Shown one piece after another: positions 28,086 through 37,666 of a stretch of 48,388 nucleotides of DNA. Location of the stretch: the NCBI RefSeq assembly GCF_001194135.2, contig NC_068981.1, positions 147,533,353-147,581,740 of the forward strand. Reading direction: 5' to 3'. This DNA comes from Octopus bimaculoides. Lineage: Eukaryota. The notes beneath the pieces were generated by a model. It was given only the letters and a program-made list of their open reading frames with translations, was not told where the DNA came from and did not search any database. The position numbers and the translations under genes were made by a program. Numbering within the stretch: position 1 is the stretch's first letter; each line of letters opens with the position of its first letter.

Positions 28086-28452
28086 TGTAGTTTCACTCGT
28101 TGGCTGGAGACGTCGTAAATGGTAGTTATTTAGGCTCAGTCCGTCCAAAATCCGGCAAATCCGTGAACAAAACCATTCAAGACTTGACAATCCACATTTT
28201 TTCATAGTGTTCCTCGGACTACATAAACCAACGGCGAGATATGATTTAGCTGCTTTTTTCAGCAGGTAGATTGACACAAGAAGTTTGAGCCTGGACAAAA
28301 ACCGAGAGATAATACAGGATTTCCAAGTTGCTATTAAGGAGGCCCATCAGGCATTTCAAAACACATGGCTTAAAAACAACAAAAAGAAGTGTGTATATAT
28401 GACGGCAACATTTGCGTGTAGGTATATATANNNNNNNNNNNNNNNNNNNNNN

Positions 28453-28490
<38 letters not shown>

Positions 28491-28890
28491 GTATGAAGAA
28501 TACTCGAATATACACGCGCGAGTATTTATGGATAGACAGATAGTGCTTTTTTTCGGATTTATGAACAACTGATTTTATATATACATTGCATGAAGAATAC
28601 ATTTGTGTATGTATATGTATGTGTGTGTGTGTAAAGAAAACATGTGTCTGCATATATACCGATATATTTTTATGAAGAATATGTGCGTGCGTGTGCATAT
28701 AAATATGTATATATATATATCTGTTTGCTTATTACTTGACGTTTCGACTTCGGAAAATATATATATTTATATATGTATACACACGAACATGCAAGTTGAG
28801 ATATCGGTGTCTAGATCAAATGGTTGATGCAGACAAAAACAAACCACTGAACAAATAAGCATCATAAAAAGATATATATAAAACATTAAG

Positions 28891-28939
<49 letters not shown>

Positions 28940-29149
28940 GCCACACACGTGCAATGTACATTCGGAAAAACAAGAAACCTTGCATTTATGGCTTCAATGT
29001 TTTCTTTCATAAGCGTTGTATTGTTTTGTTTCCTCATTTTTCGTCTTTTCACAGAGCAAACTATTCAAACATGTTTGATTGTTTGTTTTTTAAAGGAAGA
29101 GCATTTCTAATTATTAATTATTATTGTCTATGTATTAACAAATACATAC

Positions 29150-29200
29150 CTTTCCAGCAGCTCTGCCTAGTCTAATAATTCCCAGTTTGAAGCTAGACAT
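29150..29200 (-). CDS. ZMYND19: First coding exon of a ZMYND19 (MIZIP, MYND zinc-finger protein 19) orthologue
   Basis: The minus strand reads ATG TCT AGC TTC AAA CTG GGA ATT ATT AGA CTA GGC AGA GCT GCT GGA AAG|GTATGT, giving MSSFKLGIIRLGRAAGK followed by a canonical phase-0 donor. This matches the human ZMYND19 N-terminus as I recall it (MTDFKLGIVRLGRVAGK), where the first intron falls at the same position. Later exons were not found in the window. Confidence 0.82.
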
Positions 29201-29380
29201 GTTTGCTGCACATCGGCGGTAAAGATTGCCATCCAAGTCGGTGCCAGTGCAGAACGTGCAAGACGTCCCTCTCACTGAGGTAATGTTGCCTGTTGTGGCA
29301 TGGACTTCACTCACTCTAACTATAGCTCTCTCTCTCTCTCACTTTAACTAACTTAACTGTCTATCTTCTCGTTGCCAGCA

Positions 29381-29900
29381 CTCACTCAATAACTAAACTG
29401 TTTTCACTCACACTCTCCCAGTTTATGTTATTTCTCCGAACTATAGCTCCTCCCCCTTTCTCTCTCTCTCTCTGTTTTCTCAACTCTTGCTCTCACTCAA
29501 TAACTGAATTGTTTTCACTCACATTCTCCCAATCTGTCTTCTCTCTGAACTGTTCAGCGGTTATGTTCCACTCACTCTAGCTATCCCTCCCTTCCGCTTT
29601 CTCACTATTTGTTTTCTCGACACTTGTACTCACTCAGTAACTAAACCTTTACCTTCACTCTCTCTCCCAGTCTCTGTACTTTTTATATACACTTCATTGC
29701 TGTAATATTTCACACTCTCTGTATCTCTCTATCTTCTAGTCGCTAAACTGAACTGTTTTCACTCACACACTTCCAGTTTCTGCCCATTCTATAAACAATT
29801 CATGGAAGTAGTGTTACTCCACTCATTCCAGCTTGCTTCAGTAACATTTAATCAACTCGTCGCTGCACTCAATAACTAAACTGTTTCTACTCACATTCTA
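29381..29900. repeat. Degenerate motif of about 45 bp repeated five times upstream of the ZMYND19 start
   Basis: Variants of CTCACTCAATAACTAAACTGTTTTCACTCACACTCTCCCAG start at about 29381, 29492, 29629, 29743 (partial) and 29866. Confidence 0.65.
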
Positions 29901-32082
29901 TCCTCCTCACTTTCTCTAAACATTTCAACCTCTCTTATTCTTAGTTTTACTCCTACTTTGTCCCGTTTATCATCCGTCACTCTACCTTTACCTCATTCAA
30001 AATTTTCCGTCTCTCACATTCTTCTTTTATTCCTTCAATTGTTTCATCTCCTGCTTTTTTAGAATTGTTTTTCTTTTCCACTATCTTTTATCCAACTATG
30101 CATTCAGTTTTTTAACCAGCTACCCCTTATCTTTTCCCCACTTTATTTCTGTCTTTGTCCCTCTGCTATTCTTTCCTATTTTCTCCTGTTTAAAAAGAGT
30201 TCTCATTTTTTTTTCATTCTCTGCTCTATCTAGTCATTCTTTACTTTTACATTTCTATTCTACATCTGTGTATCTCTCCTGTTACCTTTTATTATTATTT
30301 TTTTTATCTGATTATCTCTACCGTTCACTAATCTTTTATCGCTCTCCATTCTCACTTTCTCTTTTACACCTCTCCTCTCTCTCTTCTCACATTCAGTATT
30401 TTCTTTCCTCCAAACCGATTCGCTCTCACTCTTTCTCCCTCTTTTAAGATTTCATTATATCTATTATTTCTTTACTCTCATTCTCCTGTACTCTTATCAA
30501 AATTTCCTACTTCCCTATCTTTCTTTGTGCCCATTAATGTCTCTTCTTTCCGCTCCAATTTCGGCTTTCGCATTAGCTGTTTCATTCCTCCCTCCCTGAT
30601 TTCATTAAAATTCTTTTGCAGTTTTTTATTTTTTTCATTTTGCTCTCGAACCTCTTTCAACCTATCAACTCTTACTTTCTCCCACTGGCGCACGAACCAT
30701 AGTTAAATCATTGTAAGCATTACTTCATGTAATCACTTTTTTTTTGTCCCAGTAAACACGATTTTTTCCTTACTCTTACATCCAACCCGACCCAGTTCCT
30801 TGTTATCTCCGTAAACACCTACCCACATTTGAATAACAACCAACTCGGCTTTATTCCCCCACATAGCCACCGTTCATTCATCCTACCTATTGTCTTAATT
30901 TTAGTGCTTTATTCCTCTTTTCTTCTTTTACATACTTATTATTCAAATCCCTATTTTCCGAAACAGCGGTTGATATGATTCTCAGCGATCTTCAAATGAG
31001 ATTTTTTTTTCCTCTTACTATATTGATAACGTAGTTTATAGTGGTATTTCTCTCATGGCAGTTCCACATTGTAACACTGAATAATAGTTTCCAGGTTAAT
31101 TCAAACACATTCTCTACGATTCTGTCTCTTTCTCTGTTTGGCTCTGGACACCTATCAAATTATCGTTCGTAGAAGCACTTTCTATATATTAAAATTTCTT
31201 TTCTTAACACATAGCTCGTCCTAGATGAAATTTATATATTTTTTGTCCTCTATTTCTCCCTATATCAGACAGAACCTCTCCATATCTTTCGCTGTTCTGT
31301 CATCTTCGAATGACATGGTTGGCTTTCTGCTAGGAAGTTCAACTTGTCCTGTACGGCAGTGGAGGAGGCTCAAAGTAGTAGTGACAAGGGGAATAGGAGT
31401 AGTAGTGACTTACGAAGCTAGAGTGATCTCGCCTTAGGTAGGAGGAGGTGTAGTAGCGGTGGTAGTATAAGTAATCACTGTGGTAGCAATGACTTGCGTT
31501 AACGAAGGCGAGGAGAAGAAAAACACGCTGAAACGCCTTGTTGAGTTTTGTCTTTCTGTTAGAATTCCATTCACACCTCGGGTGTTCTATAGAAATATTA
31601 AATCAATCCAATACTTGAATGATACTTTATTTTATCTGCTACAGTAGAATGAAAAGCAATATTAACTTTACTAGAATTTGAACTCAGAGACGTAACTAAA
31701 TAGCGAGTTTGTGCTTTGTTTGTTTTGATTGTTGTTGTTTAGCAGACCCATGGCCTAAAGAAACTCCAGCTTTGACCAACCCATCTTTTATTCAAATACA
31801 GTGCATCTATGACTAGTTTATCAAATGTTGTGTGTGTTGATGAAAATTTAGTTGATATTTCTTGCGTGGAGGCTTTCTCGTTAATTGTTCTTAAAGGCGG
31901 CAAATTAGCGGAAAGTTCGGATGAAACGATTCAGTGATCTGGTTTCGATTCGAGGTTCCAGAAATTTCCTTTTACATCCTGACAATGTCATGAATATCGC
32001 CACATTCCATTTTTAAGTTTTGGCTTTTTATTTTTTTATTTTTTGTAAAATGTTTACCCCGAGTTCCCTCGAATTACTTTTA

Positions 32083-32329
32083 GGTACTACTAAAGCAGCG
32101 CGGACCCGAACGCGCAGTCGCGCGTCCGCGCTAGCTAGTCTTGAGTGGTCGATCCTAACCCTAACCCTATCCCTAACCCTAACAATATCCCTAACCTGCG
32201 TGTGCAAATGAATACGTGTTTAGGGTTAGGGTTAGGATCGACCACTCACGACTAGCTAGCGCGGACGCGCGACTGCGCGTTCGGGTCCGCGCGACTGCGC
32301 GTTCGGGTCCGCGCTGCTTTAGTAGTACC
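32083..32329. mobile_element. Young 247-bp foldback MITE with a 9-bp TSD and internal telomeric repeats
   Basis: TIRs start GGTACTACTAAAGCAGCGCGGACCC. The left arm (32083-32169) matches the right arm (32221-32329) except for one mismatch and a 22-bp duplication in the right arm. The TSD TTACTTTTA is at 32074-32082 and 32330-32338. CCCTAA repeats lie in the left arm and TTAGGG repeats in the right arm. Confidence 0.9.
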
Positions 32330-33342
32330 TTACTTTTATAAGTAAAAACTTTCCTTCTTTTAATACTTGTACAATGAATAAACACGCTTCTTGATTGCAT
32401 GTCCTTTAACAAAAGACTGTCTACGTTAACAAAAACAAAACAATATCCAACATAAAGCCGACGATGGAATACATCTACATGATTGTATGTTTCCTAAAAT
32501 TTTGAGGAAGGTCTTACAAAATAACTTTCATATGATGTTGTGCAACACCAGGCCAACACTGATTCAGCTAACCTATATTCTAGACTCTAGATTATAGGTT
32601 AGCTAGATTCTAGAGCATTACGATCAAGAAGCGAGTCTTCATATCACAGTCCTTTAGATTATGAGTTCAAATCACACTGAGATTGAATTTACCATTTATC
32701 CATCCGGGATCGATACAGGGCACCCTTTATAGCGTTGGTGCCTCGAAAAAATACACATAGTATACTGTAGAATGTGAGACTGGGACCAGCATGGAAAACG
32801 GACGTAAAAAAAAAAATGATGATGCATAGGAGGAAGAGGACATCATGTTTATTCGGTTAACCTCTAGTGTTTGACCCGAGCAAAAAAAAAAAAATTAAAA
32901 AAGAAAATTGTGTAATAGGTGTAAAACAACATGTAGTAAACGAATATGAAAAAGCAATGCGCGCTGGCGAACGTGGGGTGGGGGAGGACTGAAAATTCAC
33001 TTGCCCAAGGTGCTATGTTCCATAGCATGGGCCACCTTACCTAACGGTAGGGCAAGTTACATAAATTGGATCACAAAAAATAGTTTTAGAGGAATCTCTT
33101 TAAGTTTTTGTTGAATGTTTGGTGAGTTTGTAACAAATGAATATCTATAAAAAGATGTTGCAGTAGATTTATCTGTATAACCATATGTTGAAAATAAAAT
33201 CTTTTGGGAAATGTGTTCCAACTAACTCCACCTTTCTCTGCATACAGACAGTTTAGGCTAGACAGAAGAAATTATTTAGTTAAAACTTCTCCATAAGCCA
33301 AATTCTTGGTGCCCAACCTCTCTGTTTTATAATTGTTTACAG

Positions 33343-33387
<45 letters not shown>

Positions 33388-33809
33388 CAAATAGATTTTA
33401 AAAAACTCAGAATGCTACAATTCTCATTTCTTCCTCTGCAAAAAAATTTCATATCTTATGCCTGTATTAGAAAAGAGCATTATAGTTACTTAGAAATAAT
33501 TAAGTAGAAAAAACTAGAAATTACTGTTGCATTTTTAGTTGGAAATAAGTCATTTGTTAAAGTTGAGTGGTAAAATATCAATGCCTGTATTTAGTTACAT
33601 TCTGAGTTCAAATTCAGTTAGCAATTGACCATGTTGTTCATCCCACCCAGGTTGATAAAATTAAGTACAAACACTGGTGCTAAGATCAAGTTAATGACTG
33701 CATCTTGCAAAACTTGTGGGTTTGTGTCTTAATGAACGTTTTTTAACATGCTTTCTTTGACTTTAAGTACATGGAGATATTGAAATATAATTTTTTTTTG
33801 TATAAGTTA

Positions 33810-34870
33810 TTGAGTTGGCCAAACAGCCTGTTCAGCTATTCGCTGACACTAAACTTCAAGCACTCTAATAAGAAGCTGACTTCAGTCTGCTCCTTGTGCA
33901 TGCACATTTGACATTTCAACATAGTTTGATGTGAACTTGCAATGAACCAAGTTTTATTTTATGTGCATAGGGTCACCCTGAAAATTGGAGAATCAGAACT
34001 AGCTTTATTGACATCTCATGCTTTTGTATTTTAAAAAAGGCAGCTAAGTGGCAGAAATCTGCAGGAAGATATGCATTGTGTATGGAGATGTTGTTGCGGA
34101 ATGTGTATGCCAGAAATGGTTTACAAAATTCCAATCAGAAAATTTTTCTGTTCAAGATGCACCTCACTTTGGCCTGCCTGCTGAGATTAACAGGAACATC
34201 CCCACCTCCCATCCTTTATATGACCAGGATGATGGCATATATTCTTCAAATATCCAAATTTTGTGTTGAAAACCATCTGTCTCAACATAGTTATGTCAGC
34301 AGGTTTGATGTTTGCATCTCACATCAGCTGAATGAGGCTAACCTCACCCAATAGATTTTCATTTGTGATTCATTGCAGAAACACAAAGAAAATTATTCTT
34401 TTTTGAAAAAAATGGTGATAGAGGGCAAAAAATGGATTGTCTATAGCAATGTGAAGTGCAAACAATCAAGGGAGAAACATGGTAAATTACCATAAACAAC
34501 CTGCAAGGCAGGACTTCATCCAAAGAAGATTCTGCTTTCAATTTGGTGGGATTTGAAGGGTGTTGTCTTTTATGAGCTTCTTCCCACAGACAGGACCATC
34601 AATTTGGATGTGTACTGTAACCAACTGAACAAATTAAATGCAGTTAGCACTTGTTAGTCATAAGGGCATTGTGAAGCAGCTAGCATTTGTTAGTCTAAGA
34701 GCATCATCTTTCATTATAACAACGCTAGACTGCACGCTTCTTTGCAGATGTGACAGAAGTTACTGGGGCTTGAGTGGGAAGTTTTGCCACACCTATATTT
34801 ACACCTCTAGATTTCCACCTGTTTCTGTCTCTTCAAAATCCACTGAACAGGCCTTCAATTCTGAAGAGGA
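33810..34870 (+). mobile_element. Decayed mariner (DD34D-type) transposon
   Basis: TA is followed by a TIR-like TTGAGTTGGCCAAA at 33810. Peptide remnants include HLSQHSYVSRFDVCISHQLNEANLTQ*IFICDSLQKH...FLKKMVIEGKKWIVYSN (degenerate TGDEKW) and LHPKKILLSIWWDLKGVVFYELLPTDRTINLDVYCNQL. Multiple stops and frameshifts. Confidence 0.85.
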
Positions 34871-36229
34871 ACACAATGGCAATTATATCATTGATTGAAT
34901 AAATCATGTTAGCATTTAAAACTTGTCTTATTTTCACATAAAAATAAATGTGAAGTGAACTTCTCATAACTGCAAGTCTGATGAGTTCCATCCAAATAGC
35001 TTACTTCACTATCTTAATTAATGAGAAACAGTCTCTATGTTAGGGATATCAAATATTTGACTCACAACAGTGTTTAATCTATCCTTCATAATCTGAATTT
35101 CATGAAAAAAATTTAATCATATTTTTAATTTTAGAATATTCTGTAATCTAGCTTGCATTCAGAGCCAGAGCCACTTAAGTGGAATCGTGACTAACATGAG
35201 TTCTGATTAATCAAATCAATATACCTTGGGGAATCTTTTATTTCAACTAATGAAAAAAAATGCATATGAACCCATATACTAAAAGGTGTAATCTATTTCT
35301 CCTTCACTTTGTTTATACATACCAAGCCAAACAAGTTCCCCCCACCGCATCCCACCCCAAATTTACACATGTTTTCATCTGAATAATATCAAAAGGCTTT
35401 GCAGCTGAAACAGAGCATAATTTCTATCAAGCAATGGTTTTCTCAAGAATCTAGCCTGCAAAACTAAATGGATTTGACAACCCTGCTCTATGTGGTTGTT
35501 CAACTGCTAGAAAGAAAAAACAACCGAATCTCCCTTAAATTAGACCATAGCATTTTAAAAGAGGAAGGTCATATAAATAGATGTAAAATATCTAAAAAAT
35601 ATATTAAATGGTCACTGCTGAAATGTCATTAAGCAAAAGTCTGTCTGATCAGAGCTAACTTAGGTTAAATAACAACACCTTCCACCATATGGTATGAAAG
35701 TTTAATTGGCAACCAACCTTGATAGTGTCTTATTAACCAGAATTGACTTTTATCATTGCTCGCTAGTGATATATTTCAATATAAGAAAACATTCAAAATG
35801 TCCCTCATTCACACAAAAGGCAATCTTTTTAACTCCACTAACCTATTGCCTTGATTTCCAACATCCCAAATCTAACAGTAAATGAACGAATATTCCCATC
35901 CTCATGGTTACATGATCTGCTAGAAATAGAAGCTAGTCTCTCCCTAAATTATCTTCATATTCCCTTCAGGATATATAGGGTCAATGGACCCTGAGTTCTC
36001 TGCAACTTGATTTACACTTGGAGTTGATTCCTTTTTCCTCTTTGCGTGTGCTCATAAGCAGTGATGGTTTATGCCCCTGGTTACTGACCCAGACAGTCCA
36101 CCCAGTTATATACTGGTATAGCTGTGGACACAGTAGTTAGTATCTTCTAGAAATATGCTTTAACAAAATCTAAGGAGTGCCTCACTCCCAGTGGTCATGC
36201 AGCATGCTGAGCACTAACTCCAAATTTCT

Positions 36230-36460
36230 GAGTTCCTGCACTAAACCTAATAGATTTCGTCAAACACCTTCTTCATCACTGTGAGTCTTTCTCTCCCTCT
36301 TTATTGATGATCAGTATAGTGTCTTTAATCAGATCTATTTTATAATTCCTTTCTGAGTAATGTAGCACTTTGACAAAAACAATGTTATTGCACTAGACAT
36401 CAACAAAGCCCTGTACTGTGTCTGGCATAAGAGCCTTCTAGCAAAGTTGCCACAGCCTAT
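36230..36460 (+). mobile_element. LINE reverse-transcriptase fragment
   Basis: GCACTAGACATCAACAAAGCCCTGTACTGTGTCTGGCATAAGAGCCTTCTAGCAAAGTTGCCA gives ALDINKALYCVWHKSLLAKLP, a decayed ALDISKAFDRVWH motif. Confidence 0.6.
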
Positions 36461-37323
36461 CATCACTTTTGATAGTTACACATTAATTAATGTGTCCTTT
36501 TTATTGATAGTAGGTTGATGTAAGAAGATTTGGCTGCTATTTCTAGCAGGTTGAGGAACCTCATAGAAGATCCTTTTGTTGGCCCAGATATTGTGTGTGT
36601 GTGTAGCTGAAATATTTTCTGGCCATTTATGTCAATCTGGTTTGCTAAAATATCTTTCACAATGCTAAGTGCTACATCTCATTATACTATCTCTCCATCT
36701 TTCTCTGTAATTTTTGTAGGTTTGTGCCAAGAAGGTGACTTTACATGATCATTCAAGCTGGTAGAAATAGCAGCCAAATTTCATCATCATTATCATTATC
36801 ATTTAGTATCAGTTTTCCATGCTGGCATGGTGGAGGCATGTACGTGGCTTAGTGGCTAGGGTGTTGGACTCATGGGCATAAGATTGTGGTCTTGATTCCT
36901 GGACCAGGCGACGTGTTCTTGAGCAAAACACTTCATTTCATGTTGCTCCAGTCCACTCAGCTGGCAAAAATGAGTAATCCTGCAACAGAGTGATGTCCCA
37001 CCTATGTGGGGAGTATATATGCCATGAAACCTGGAAACCATCCCTTATGAGTTGGTATGACTTAAGGTAACTTTTACTTTACACAGTAGTGTGTCGATAA
37101 GCCAGCTGGAGGAGATGTCCTCCTGGGGCTAAAAGCAACAGTAACATCCACCCCTAGGGGTCAGCCACACTTAAGTGGCAATATACTTCACTTTATCATG
37201 CAGTTACTGTTAATACTTCATTTAGAGAATTAACATTGCTTGTTTTCACCTTTTCGATATCAGTGAAGAATTTCACTGGAAAAGTATACATAAGATTGCC
37301 AAGAATTTATCTCTCTCATCAAA

Positions 37324-37392
37324 GATCAGTGGCTATCGGACGCTGACGAAGGGAGATAACCCTGAAACCCGGGTCTGTTCGTGCTACAGATC
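37324..37392 (+). ncRNA. Type I hammerhead ribozyme, copy 1
   Basis: Core CTGACGA 37343-37349; stem II AGGG/CCCT with loop AGATAA; GAAA 37364-37367; palindromic stem III ACCCGGGT; GUC cleavage triplet with the cut after 37375. Stem I is CGGACG (37337-37342) paired with TGTTCG (37376-37381). It extends past a TAT/T internal loop by GTGGC/GCTAC and past an A-A mismatch by GATC/GATC. Confidence 0.88.
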
Positions 37393-37597
37393 ACGATGGG
37401 AGGGATAACTTCCCTTGGCAAACAGGACACAGTAGTGTGTCGATAAGCCAGCTGGAGGAGATGTCCTCCTGGGGCTAAAAGCAACAGTAACATCCACCCC
37501 TAGGGGTCAGCCACACTTAAGTGGCAATATACTTCACATTATTATANNNNNNNNNNAGTATACATAAGATTGCCAAGAATTTATCTCTCTCATCAAA

Positions 37598-37666
37598 GAT
37601 CAGTGGCTATCGGACGCTGACGAAGGGAAATAACCCTGAAACCCGGGTCCGTTCGTGCTACAGATC
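37598..37666 (+). ncRNA. Type I hammerhead ribozyme, copy 2 (true tandem copy or allelic assembly duplicate)
   Basis: Same fold as copy 1, shifted by 274 nt: CTGACGA 37617-37623, loop II AAATAA, GAAA 37638-37641, cut after 37649, stem I CGGACG/CGTTCG. It is separated from copy 1 by a 10-N gap. Confidence 0.75.

Noticed and set aside
32999-33057. Small nested inverted repeat (ACTTGCCC...GGGCAAGT)
   Set aside because: It is short and derived from a rearranged SINE core (CCTTGGGCAAGT), with no TIR/TSD structure.
35330-35457. Minus-strand acceptor followed by ARFLRKPLLDRNYALFQ...
   Set aside because: No donor, no homology, and it lies upstream of ZMYND19 so it cannot be its exon 3.
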